IMG/VR virus record: IMGVR_UViG_3300045988_128501
Reading direction: 5' to 3' (one strand)
DNA length: 41,541 nucleotides
From: a virus
The position numbers and the translations under genes are program-made. Shown here piece after piece: positions 33,076 to 39,864 of this stretch. Under the pieces are notes generated by a model. The model was given only the letters and a program-made list of their open reading frames with translations, searched no databases and had not been told where the DNA came from. Each line of letters begins with the position of its first letter. Within the stretch, counting starts at the first letter, position 1.

Positions 33076-33396
33076 TCACAGTTCCATGAGGCGGCACAGC
33101 GCCGCCTCCACCGCTGCCATCTCGGTATACGGCAATGACCCGAGGCCGTGCCGCAGAATGTGCTCCGGCGCATTGCGCATCCTGTCTAGGCAGACATGGT
33201 GCACATGCCCGCGAAACTGCACATCCGGGCGAGTAATGCTCCCGTCAAACAATTTCGCCCGCCCCTGAACGATAGGGGCTACCACGATGTGGCCGGTCTC
33301 CCGGTTGGCCTGTTCCCCGGAGAGAACCAGGACGGTCATGCCGTTGCCGGGGTCGCCGTGCTGGCGAAGCTTGTAAACGTTTCCTTTTCGAATCAT
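33076..33396 (-). CDS. MazF/PemK-like (CcdB/MazF fold) protein, no cognate upstream antitoxin
   Basis: GNVYKL...VLVLSGEQANRETGHIVVAPIV...CLDRMRNAPEHILRHGLGSLPYTEMAAVEAALCRL follows the PemK/MazF layout. ATGA overlap with the helicase-loader gene. Confidence 0.6.
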   Translation of the reverse strand: MIRKGNVYKLRQHGDPGNGMTVLVLSGEQANRETGHIVVAPIVQGRAKLFDGSITRPDVQFRGHVHHVCLDRMRNAPEHILRHGLGSLPYTEMAAVEAALCRLMEL

Positions 33397-33947
33397 TCAA
33401 AAACCCTTTCATCGGGCAACGCAAATTGTTCCGCGAGACCACGGGAGAGTGCTTTCACGTCCTCAGGGAGGGCCTCAAAGTCCCGGGCCTGTTGTGCCCT
33501 GGCGCGGTAGCTGCGCTGCACGTTGGAGGCTACCACGCTTTGTACTGTGGCCTCGTCCATCATGGCCCATTCTCGGAGTTGCCGTGGGTCGTGGACTACG
33601 GACTGGAGGACGGGCGGGAGTTTTCGGAACTCCTCCTCGGAGCCGTACAGGCTATTTCGCAGGGCCTTGGAGATGTGCGCCCATGCCTCCTGCTCGGTCA
33701 TTTCCCGGGGCTGTGTAATGCGCCGGACGTGCTCCTTGACCTCCCCGATGGTAGGGGGGTATCCGGTGGTTTTTGTGGCGATGAGGGCCTTCACGGCCCC
33801 GGCCACCACGTTGGCTGCATCGTCCTGGAACATGTCATTCCAGAGGCTTACGATGCCCTCCAACTCTTTCCGTTCCATACCCTTGTAAAAGCTGGGAAAG
33901 GCGGCCCGGAGGACGGCCAGGATGGAAACGGTCTCTTGTCTGGTCAT
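33393..33947 (-). CDS. Replicative helicase loader/inhibitor (SPP1 G39P-like)
   Basis: VSILAVLRAAFPSFYKG...LWNDMFQDD...GYPPTIGEVKEH pattern. Confidence 0.7.
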   Translation of the reverse strand: MTRQETVSILAVLRAAFPSFYKGMERKELEGIVSLWNDMFQDDAANVVAGAVKALIATKTTGYPPTIGEVKEHVRRITQPREMTEQEAWAHISKALRNSLYGSEEEFRKLPPVLQSVVHDPRQLREWAMMDEATVQSVVASNVQRSYRARAQQARDFEALPEDVKALSRGLAEQFALPDERVFE

Positions 33948-34603
33948 AATCCTGCCTCCTCCATCATGTCCAGGAACGGGTTGGAATTGCTTGGCTGGCG
34001 CTTTTTCTCTTCTTCTAGGCGGTCCTCCACCCAGGAGAGAATGGCCCGATAATCGCTCTTGTACTTCTTGCCGGAACTCCCCTTGTAGTTGTCCAGAATT
34101 TCTATCAGCCTAGCGGTGTCGACTGGTCCATGAGTGTCAAGCAGTTTTTGGTGCTCGGCATTGGTCATGGAGACGTACTCAGCCCATTGGACCTTCGGCT
34201 CGGTAGGGGGGACATGGGGGGTAATATTGTCTTTGTCTTCTTCTTTTTCTTCGTCTTTGTCTTTGTCTTCTTCTTCGTCTTTGCCATGTTTGCCATTTTC
34301 ATCATGGCAAATATGGCATTTGCTATTTTTGCCATCCTTTGCTTGGCCTTGCCATCTGGACGAGGCCCCTTTTTTTCCCGCATTAGACCGGGATGAGACG
34401 GTCTCTCGATACTTCTCGTTGTCGCGGTCAATCTGCGCTTTACAGGTATGGAACAGGAAGCGCTCGTTCCCGGGAAGGACCGGGTACTGGCCCGTGCGCT
34501 GATACTCCAGCAGCGCACGGACCAAGCGACCCACCTCCTCATCGCTCAACAGGGACCATGTTTCCAGAGCGTCGGTAAACACCTTGATGTATGCGATTTC
34601 CAT
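33944..34603 (-). CDS. Replication organizer (DnaD-like C-terminal region) with acidic/lysine low-complexity linker
   Basis: N-terminal LSDEEVGRLVRALLEYQRTG, KDEEEDKDKDEEKEEDKD linker, C-terminal YKSDYRAILSWV. Confidence 0.6.
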   Translation of the reverse strand: MEIAYIKVFTDALETWSLLSDEEVGRLVRALLEYQRTGQYPVLPGNERFLFHTCKAQIDRDNEKYRETVSSRSNAGKKGASSRWQGQAKDGKNSKCHICHDENGKHGKDEEEDKDKDEEKEEDKDNITPHVPPTEPKVQWAEYVSMTNAEHQKLLDTHGPVDTARLIEILDNYKGSSGKKYKSDYRAILSWVEDRLEEEKKRQPSNSNPFLDMMEEAGL

Positions 34604-34607
34604 TTGG

Positions 34608-34784
34608 TCACCATATCCGCCCTTCCTTTGTAACGAACGACTTCAATTCATCTGGGGAGTAATACACCCTGGCACCGATGTTGACGGCGCGGAGTTTGCC
34701 GCTGTTCCGCAGTTCGTCCAGGGTGTCTACGGAGATATTGAGGGCCTGGGCGGCCTCCTTGCGGGTGAAAAGCAGTTTTTCCAT
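34608..34784 (-). CDS. HTH_17/excisionase-family DNA-binding protein
   Basis: LLFTRKEAAQALNISVDTLDELRNSGKLRAVNIGARVYYSPDEL. Confidence 0.7.
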   Translation of the reverse strand: MEKLLFTRKEAAQALNISVDTLDELRNSGKLRAVNIGARVYYSPDELKSFVTKEGRIW

Positions 34785-34798
34785 AGCAGTTCCCTTTC

Positions 34799-35353
34799 TC
34801 AATTCCATCCAAACGGGATATCATCGTCCTGCTCGTTGGACAGGTCGGTGAATCCAGAGGCGTTTTCTCCGCCGTAGGCTCGTGCGCCGTTTTTGAGGGT
34901 TTTCAACTCAGGGATCTTAAAGTCCCCGTTGCGGATAGAATCCACGCTGCGGGTCTGGCGGACGGTGGGACGGGTTTTCACGGTGCCATCCTTGGCAATG
35001 TACTCTTCCATTCCGATGACCACGCCGATATATTTCCGGCGCATATCCTGGAGGTTATCCTCCCGGAAGGTATAACCGGGGTTGGATTTTTCCAAGGCGG
35101 TCTTGAATGCCTTGAAGAATCCAAGGGCAGACTCTTTGTAACTGCGGGGGAACCGCATGGGCCAGTATCCTCGGTCCTTGTGCGTCTGGGTGTTACGGCC
35201 TCGATAGGGCTGTTCGACAAAGTCCCAACAAACCATGAGAAACTCGTCTGACTCATGGTCCTCCACCTCTGTGATGGCGGCCACATAACCGCCGGGGGCG
35301 ACGGGGGTGAAGTCACCCATTTCCTGGACGTTGTTCCAATCAATTTTCCTCAT
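34799..35353 (-). CDS. DUF669-like ssDNA-binding-type protein with SSB-like acidic tip
   Basis: AAGGAGGaagacaagaATG RBS. C-terminal EQDDDIPFGWN. Pairs with the Sak4-like ATPase. Confidence 0.65.
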   Translation of the reverse strand: MRKIDWNNVQEMGDFTPVAPGGYVAAITEVEDHESDEFLMVCWDFVEQPYRGRNTQTHKDRGYWPMRFPRSYKESALGFFKAFKTALEKSNPGYTFREDNLQDMRRKYIGVVIGMEEYIAKDGTVKTRPTVRQTRSVDSIRNGDFKIPELKTLKNGARAYGGENASGFTDLSNEQDDDIPFGWN

Positions 35354-35588
35354 TCTTGTCTTCCTCCTTGTCAGATGAATGGAAAGTGAGGGGGCAGTGG
35401 CTCCCAATGTATCTTTCCGGGTACTCGCAGATTTTATCATTAAGCCCGCAGTGTCGGATAGTGTAGCGGAAGTATGGGCACTGGGAGCAGGAAACGTCTG
35501 CCCGGTCGTGGAAGTCCACAGGAAAGGAAACTTCTACGATGGCACTGGCTCGGATATATTCCTTTACGCCACTCGAAAACTCAGGCAT
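35340..35588 (-). CDS. Cys-rich hypothetical protein (82 aa)
   Basis: GGAGGTGcgccagATG RBS. CSQCPYF...HCGLNDKIC...HCP. Confidence 0.6.
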   Translation of the reverse strand: MPEFSSGVKEYIRASAIVEVSFPVDFHDRADVSCSQCPYFRYTIRHCGLNDKICEYPERYIGSHCPLTFHSSDKEEDKNEEN

Positions 35589-36237
35589 CTGGCGCACCTC
35601 CCGTCAGGGGAGACAGGCCCCAGTATTCCCGGATGCGGGTATCTACGGCCTTTAGGTCATTCTCGATCTCCAGGCTATCGAAGAGCCCTTCCGGGCTCTT
35701 GCTGATGTCCATGCCGGAGGATTGCGTTCTGAAATAGTGCCGGTCCCCCTCCACCATGCAGCGCAAGGCGATAGATACCATACCCTCCACGCACACCTTC
35801 TCGTCTAACAGCTTCCCAATGGTCCGGAGTTTGGTTTCTCCGTAGTCGCTGGTTGCCTCGTGCATGAGGATGTAGACAATCACGTCCTCGGGGAGGTCGT
35901 TTTGGATGAACCGTAGGAGACCCCAGAACGAATCCGCAATGTCGTTGTAGAGGTCAAAGCTGCTACTTCCGCTTTTGGGGGCGGAGTGCCCCCGCATGAA
36001 TGTATTGGTGAGCAGGTACCCGGCATCATCAATCACGGCGGCCTTGGTGGGCATGGTTTTCAGGCCCTTCTGGATGGTTCCGTAACTGTCGGTCTTTACG
36101 GTATATTTGAATCGGCCAGGGAACGGCAGAGGTTTCCCGATCACATTTACCAGGAAGATCTCATCCTCAGTGAAGTTCTTGAGGCTGCGGCTCTTACCGG
36201 ATCCAGAGCGGCCGTAGATCAGGACGCTGACCCCCAT
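35581..36237 (-). CDS. Sak4-like RecA-family AAA ATPase
   Basis: Walker A IYGRSGSGKS, Walker B-like AAVIDDAGY. Confidence 0.75.
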   Translation of the reverse strand: MGVSVLIYGRSGSGKSRSLKNFTEDEIFLVNVIGKPLPFPGRFKYTVKTDSYGTIQKGLKTMPTKAAVIDDAGYLLTNTFMRGHSAPKSGSSSFDLYNDIADSFWGLLRFIQNDLPEDVIVYILMHEATSDYGETKLRTIGKLLDEKVCVEGMVSIALRCMVEGDRHYFRTQSSGMDISKSPEGLFDSLEIENDLKAVDTRIREYWGLSPLTGGAPDA

Positions 36238-36434
36238 TACTGCGCACCTCCCCCGGAGAGGATCCAGTCCTCGAAGAGTTCCTGCCGTTCGGTCAAATAA
36301 CTGGACAGGACACAGGGGTTGGCTACGGTGAGGTAGTCGAGGAAGTCCTGGAGGGCGTCGTCTTTGATAAATTTCTGAACCAGTTGAGCAGTAACCTCTA
36401 GCTGGACGCTGCGGGGAAAGGGGTTGTATTCCAT
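36237..36434 (-). CDS. Hypothetical protein (65 aa from ATG 36434)
   Basis: AGGAGGatttgaaATG RBS. Confidence 0.55.
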   Translation of the reverse strand: MEYNPFPRSVQLEVTAQLVQKFIKDDALQDFLDYLTVANPCVLSSYLTERQELFEDWILSGGGAQ

Positions 36435-36463
36435 TTCAAATCCTCCTTCTTTCTTATCACACT

Positions 36464-36652
36464 TCATTTTTGGGGACGGCCCTTTTTCCCATTTGGAGGG
36501 AGATTATTTTTTTGGCGCCATCGTAGGACCATTCCGCGACTAACATCACACGCCTGTGCAATAACAGGGTCACTATGTCCACTGTCATACAGCTTTTTCA
36601 TGGTGTCCTCTGTGGCGCTGAGGGGCCAAACTTTCTTCCTGGGCCCATCCAT
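36464..36652 (-). CDS. Small HTH DNA-binding protein
   Basis: SDPVIAQACDVSRGMVLRWRQKNNL. Confidence 0.6.
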   Translation of the reverse strand: MDGPRKKVWPLSATEDTMKKLYDSGHSDPVIAQACDVSRGMVLRWRQKNNLPPNGKKGRPQK

Positions 36653-36804
36653 CTCTTTCTTTACCGTACATTCATCCCCGGGTTTACACGGCCGTTTCCT
36701 TTTTTTCTATTGCCATGTACTCACAGGACCCCTGAATGAAATATACACACGGTACAGGCAACCGACAGTTGCGAGTCATTCTTTTTTGCGTTCTAGCATA
36801 TACA

Positions 36805-36921
36805 TCATTCACGGCGTTCACGCTTCCTTTCGCATCTTGGGCAAATGTATATCTTGTCGCCCGGATCAATCGCGGACACATTCCACCGCAAACCACACAC
36901 GCGGCAAATACGATACTTCAT
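36805..36921 (-). CDS. Micro zinc-ribbon protein (38 aa; below the ORF-track cutoff)
   Basis: ATGA overlap with the upstream stop. Translates MKYRICRVCGLRWNVSAIDPGDKIYICPRCERKRERRE. Confidence 0.55.
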   Translation of the reverse strand: MKYRICRVCGLRWNVSAIDPGDKIYICPRCERKRERRE

Positions 36922-37085
36922 CGAACCACCCGCAAGGGAATCCCAACTTTCTTAAGGGCCAGGTTGACACGGATAATTCGATCCGCCTTTCGGCGATCCT
37001 CAGCCCGCTTGCGCATGGCCGGGGCAATCGCCCGAATCATGGTGTCCTCAGCCAGAGCGGCCTTTCTTTCTAACAATGCGTTCAT
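36918..37085 (-). CDS. Small hypothetical protein (55 aa)
   Basis: AGGAGGaaacacaATGA overlap start. The track ORF 36918..37229 is an upstream-extended version. Confidence 0.55.
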   Translation of the reverse strand: MNALLERKAALAEDTMIRAIAPAMRKRAEDRRKADRIIRVNLALKKVGIPLRVVR

Positions 37086-37300
37086 TGTGTTTCCTCCTCT
37101 TTCTTTCCCTCCGCCCAGGTGATAAACCCGAGACGGGGGATCTTCATACGGTTTCCGATAAACATGAACCGGAATGGGATGGATTCCGGGATTTGCTTCG
37201 CCTGAATCCGGATTTTCTGCGGATCGCACCCGAGCACCGGGGCGATGTCGGCAGGGGTCAGCACGTCTTTGGTGCTGCTCAGGATTTCTTGATAAGTCAC
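37082..37300 (-). CDS. HTH_17/excisionase-family DNA-binding protein
   Basis: LTPADIAPVLGCDPQKIRIQAK...NRMKIPRLGFITWAEG. Confidence 0.7.
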   Translation of the reverse strand: MTYQEILSSTKDVLTPADIAPVLGCDPQKIRIQAKQIPESIPFRFMFIGNRMKIPRLGFITWAEGKKEEETQ

Positions 37301-37377
37301 GACTGGCCTCCCTTCGTGATCGCTACCGCCGCCAAAACAACAGCCCAGGCGAGGATGGCGAGGCGTAATGGTTTCAT
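37297..37377 (-). CDS. Micro-ORF encoding a 26-aa hydrophobic peptide
   Basis: ATGA overlap upstream and GTGA overlap downstream. Translates MKPLRLAILAWAVVLAAVAITKGGQS. Confidence 0.4.
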   Translation of the reverse strand: MKPLRLAILAWAVVLAAVAITKGGQS

Positions 37378-37589
37378 GGTTTTTCCGCCTGGTCCTTATC
37401 TTTTTCGCCGGTTACTTTCGAGTCTAAAAACGCAGAAAAAAATGCATTAACAATTCCGAGCGCCTCACCAGTAGAAGCGCCTGCATCCACCGCAGAGCGA
37501 TACATAGTAAAGCACAGGCTCGCAACCATACCAACAGAATCATTCAGCTTATCGAGATCGATTTCATTTTCCAAGATTTTTTCCTCCAT
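37374..37589 (-). CDS. Hypothetical protein (71 aa)
   Basis: ORF in the early leftward operon. Confidence 0.55.
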   Translation of the reverse strand: MEEKILENEIDLDKLNDSVGMVASLCFTMYRSAVDAGASTGEALGIVNAFFSAFLDSKVTGEKDKDQAEKP

Positions 37590-37649
37590 TGTTTATAAAC
37601 TTATCACAATGCGATTCAAGACATTTCCACATCCAAGCATAATGGGCAA

Positions 37650-37841
37650 TCACTCTCGTTCATCTTCGAATTCTTCTTTAATCCGCAGAAGCCTCGGATC
37701 ATTCACAAAGTCTTTTATGATCCTTTTTCCGTCGATTTCTAGCGGAACTTCAACCTTGTACGTCCCGCCAGATCGCCGCCCTTCCATCTCCAGCAGGAAG
37801 GCGGCGATTTCTTTGGGGTCGCCATCAATAAGAATGGTCAC
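37650..37841 (-). CDS. Hypothetical protein (63 aa from GTG 37841)
   Basis: GAGAGGTGatcactGTG. The RBS is part of copy 1 of the 26-bp repeat. Confidence 0.55.
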   Translation of the reverse strand: MTILIDGDPKEIAAFLLEMEGRRSGGTYKVEVPLEIDGKRIIKDFVNDPRLLRIKEEFEDERE

Positions 37842-37847
37842 AGTGAT

Positions 37848-37873
37848 CACCTCTCTTCTGCGTTTTCTTGCGG
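37848..37873. repeat. 26-bp direct repeat, copy 1 (CACCTCTCTTCTGCGTTTTCTTGCGG)
   Basis: Near-identical copies lie at 38301-38326 and 38842-38867. On the minus strand it ends in the RBS of the next ORF. Confidence 0.85.
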
Positions 37874-37894
37874 ATACATAAGTATGCCCCTCTA

Positions 37895-37923
37895 TTTACC
37901 TTCGTTCCTGCCTGTGATACAAT
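37895..37923 (+). promoter_or_regulatory. Rightward promoter TTTACC-17-TACAAT (TG-extended)
   Basis: TTTACCttcgttcctgcctgtgaTACAAT lies upstream of 37946. Confidence 0.5.
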
Positions 37924-37945
37924 GGCGCGGAAAGGAGGTGATTTT

Positions 37946-38131
37946 GTGGATCGTGAAAAGTTGGCTCATAACATCGCGACTGCCTTTGCCGCATCAGAAA
38001 ACGCCAAGATGTCGTTCGAAGAGTCTCAGTCTAAAATCGAACAGTTTTTGGAAGACTACTGCGCAGCCTATGGCTTTGTAATGAGCCGCAACGAATCTTT
38101 CATTCAAGAGTTAATCCAGCGTGGAGAGTAG
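37946..38131 (+). CDS. Hypothetical protein (61 aa), rightward gene embedded in the leftward early region
   Basis: AGGAGGtgattttGTG RBS. The 3' end overlaps the convergent ORF 38100-38294. Confidence 0.6.
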   Translation: MDREKLAHNIATAFAASENAKMSFEESQSKIEQFLEDYCAAYGFVMSRNESFIQELIQRGE

Positions 38132-38294
38132 TCTCCATCCCACGGGACCTTGCGATTTCAAAGACACACTCCAAATCGCCAACGGTCAATCCTTCGTCCT
38201 TGCACTGTTGCAGCAGTGCGAGGGCGATTTTTTTGCAGGCCTTTCGCTTTGTGTCTCTGGCCCGTAGATTCTCGAGTAGGGTTTCGTCGTTCAC
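38100..38294 (-). CDS. Hypothetical protein (64 aa from GTG 38294)
   Basis: GAGAGGTGaaaaagGTG. The RBS is part of copy 2 of the 26-bp repeat. Confidence 0.5.
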   Translation of the reverse strand: MNDETLLENLRARDTKRKACKKIALALLQQCKDEGLTVGDLECVFEIARSRGMETTLHAGLTLE

Positions 38295-38300
38295 CTTTTT

Positions 38301-38326
38301 CACCTCTCTTCTGTGTTTTCTTGTGG
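38301..38326. repeat. 26-bp direct repeat, copy 2 (CACCTCTCTTCTGTGTTTTCTTGTGG)
   Basis: Differs from copy 1 at two C/T positions. Confidence 0.85.
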
Positions 38327-38372
38327 TAACGCGAGTACTGTCGAAGTTGTTGTGTGTGCGAGCCTTTCTTCC

Positions 38373-38401
38373 TTGTCTCCCCTTTTTGTAGGTGGTATAC
38401 T
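38373..38401 (+). promoter_or_regulatory. Rightward promoter TTGTCT-17-TATACT
   Basis: TTGTCTcccctttttgtaggtggTATACT lies upstream of 38425. Confidence 0.5.
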
Positions 38402-38424
38402 GACAAAAAAGGAGGGGAGGCGCA

Positions 38425-38781
38425 ATGTTGGTTGACAAACAAACCAGAGATGCTTTAGACAAGATACTGTCATCCAAACCGGACAGCCCCAGAAAGTCCT
38501 ATTCTTACCGACACCTATGCGAGGTACTGGATCTCGATGAAGACGACATGTTTCCGGTTATCAAGAACCTTGTGGAAAAGGGTCTTGCCGAATACGCCTA
38601 CGCCGTTAGTGGTCAAAAGCGACGGGATGTCGGGATTGCGCTGAAGCAGGGCGGCTTAAAGTACAAGGAGCTGTGCCGGCTAGAACGAGTACAGCGTTGG
38701 AAGGAACGGTTCGTCGGCGCCGGAGTGACCATACTCGTTTGGCTCTTGCAGGAATTGCTTAAATACTTAACAGCAATTTAA
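38425..38781 (+). CDS. Winged-helix-like protein with C-terminal transmembrane helix (118 aa), rightward
   Basis: AAAGGAGGggaggcgcaATG RBS. VIKNLVEKGLAEYAY wHTH-like segment. C-terminal FVGAGVTILVWLLQELL hydrophobic helix. Confidence 0.65.
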   Translation: MLVDKQTRDALDKILSSKPDSPRKSYSYRHLCEVLDLDEDDMFPVIKNLVEKGLAEYAYAVSGQKRRDVGIALKQGGLKYKELCRLERVQRWKERFVGAGVTILVWLLQELLKYLTAI

Positions 38782-38833
38782 TGAGCAAGATGCAGATTAC
38801 GCCAAAAACCACTCCCTCAAGGTAGTAGCGCAT
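38759..38833 (-). CDS. Possible micro-ORF (24-aa hydrophobic peptide)
   Basis: GGGGTGtaaaacctATG follows repeat copy 3. Translates MRYYLEGVVFGVICILLIKLLLSI. Overlaps the end of 38425-38781. Confidence 0.3.
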   Translation of the reverse strand: MRYYLEGVVFGVICILLIKLLLSI

Positions 38834-38841
38834 AGGTTTTA

Positions 38842-38867
38842 CACCCCATTCTGTGTTTTCTTGCGGG
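38842..38867. repeat. 26-bp direct repeat, copy 3 (CACCCCATTCTGTGTTTTCTTGCGG)
   Basis: Shares the 18-nt core TTCTGYGTTTTCTTGYGG. Confidence 0.8.
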
Positions 38868-38880
38868 GACTTACACGAAC

Positions 38881-38897
38881 GTAACTTTTAAAGTTAC
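38881..38897. promoter_or_regulatory. Operator O1: GTAACTT-tta-AAGTTAC
   Basis: 17-bp palindrome overlapping the cro-like stop codon. Confidence 0.6.
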
Positions 38898-39094
38898 TCC
38901 CTGGCAAAAAAAATTGCAACGGGGTCGTCGATTTTGAGCAGCCGGATCATTGCTTCGATTTCGTCGCTCCCAAAAACTCCGCGGTTCATCTTTTCGTAGA
39001 ACGTTTTCGGAGTAATTCCAAGTACTTCTGCCACTTTTGCTTGGGAGAGGTTATTCTTCGCGATAATCCCGCGGAGCTCATCCGTCTTTATCAT
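38894..39094 (-). CDS. Cro-like XRE-family HTH regulator (66 aa)
   Basis: LSQAKVAEVLGITPKTFYEKMNRG. GGAGGTGataccgATG RBS. Divergent from the CI-like gene. Confidence 0.8.
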   Translation of the reverse strand: MIKTDELRGIIAKNNLSQAKVAEVLGITPKTFYEKMNRGVFGSDEIEAMIRLLKIDDPVAIFFARE

Positions 39095-39107
39095 CGGTAT
39101 CACCTCC

Positions 39108-39124
39108 GTAACTTTTTAAGTTAC
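39108..39124. promoter_or_regulatory. Operator O2: GTAACTT-ttt-AAGTTAC
   Basis: Palindrome between the cro-like -10 element and RBS. Confidence 0.6.
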
Positions 39125-39128
39125 TTAC

Positions 39129-39156
39129 AGTATACCACGTTTCCGTAACTTGTCAA
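39129..39156 (-). promoter_or_regulatory. Leftward early promoter TTGACA-16-TATACT (TG-extended)
   Basis: On the minus strand TTGACAagttacggaaacgtggTATACT. Confidence 0.65.
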
Positions 39157-39161
39157 GTCAT
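39145..39161. promoter_or_regulatory. Operator O3 (imperfect): GTAACTT-gtc-AAGTCAT
   Basis: Overlaps the -35 element of the leftward promoter. Confidence 0.5.
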
Positions 39162-39168
39162 TTTTCGG

Positions 39169-39196
39169 TTGACTTGAGGAAAATTTGTGATATAAT
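39169..39196 (+). promoter_or_regulatory. Rightward repressor promoter TTGACT-16-TATAAT
   Basis: TTGACTtgaggaaaatttgtgaTATAAT lies about 30 nt upstream of the CI-like ATG. Confidence 0.7.
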
Positions 39197-39226
39197 GAGG
39201 ATACTACAGAAAGCGAGGTTATTCCA

Positions 39227-39850
39227 ATGGAGAAGGGTGAAAGGATCAGATCAAGGCGAGAAGCATTGGGGATGACACAAACCGAGCTTGCGGATGCATT
39301 ATCCACGACAAAACAAAACATCTACAAATATGAAAACGGGATAATCTCAAATATTCCTTCCGACAAGATTGAAGCAATGGCTGAAATCCTAAAGACAACA
39401 CCAGCTTATCTTATGGGGTGGGAGGAAGAAACGGTACTACCACCCAATATAGAACCACTTGGATCCATGCAAAAAATCCCCCTTGTTGGTCAGATTGCCT
39501 GCGGAACCCCCATCTTAGCCGAACAAAATATAGAGGATTACGTTGACCTTCCGGGCCATATCAGGGCGGATTTCGCGTTGACCTGTAAAGGCGAGAGCAT
39601 GATTGGTGCAGGAATCCGCTCGGGAGATATTGTCTACATCCGAAAACAGGAGGAGGTGGAAAATGGACAGATCGCCGCTGTCATGGTAGGAGGTGACGAG
39701 GCAACACTAAAACGAGTCTATACCAAACCAGGGGTTGTCCAGCTGGTGGCGGAAAATCCAAATATAGCCCCAGCGGTTTTTATAGGCAAAGAGGCTGAAC
39801 AAATTCATATCATTGGACTGGCCGTAGCGTATACACATGTACTAGATTGA
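39227..39850 (+). CDS. CI/LexA-like repressor (XRE HTH + S24 autopeptidase domain)
   Basis: MTQTELADALSTTKQNIYKYENG, then GESMIGAGI (Ser) and ATLKRV (Lys). Confidence 0.88.
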   Translation: MEKGERIRSRREALGMTQTELADALSTTKQNIYKYENGIISNIPSDKIEAMAEILKTTPAYLMGWEEETVLPPNIEPLGSMQKIPLVGQIACGTPILAEQNIEDYVDLPGHIRADFALTCKGESMIGAGIRSGDIVYIRKQEEVENGQIAAVMVGGDEATLKRVYTKPGVVQLVAENPNIAPAVFIGKEAEQIHIIGLAVAYTHVLD

Positions 39851-39864
39851 TTGGAGGAACAACA

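Noticed and set aside
36684-36896. 70-aa ORF from the track
   Set aside because: It has no RBS and overlaps out of frame with a better-supported 38-aa zinc-ribbon ORF (36805-36921) that is ATGA-coupled to the upstream gene. Only its last 32 codons or so (from ATG at 36782) might be a separate micro-ORF.
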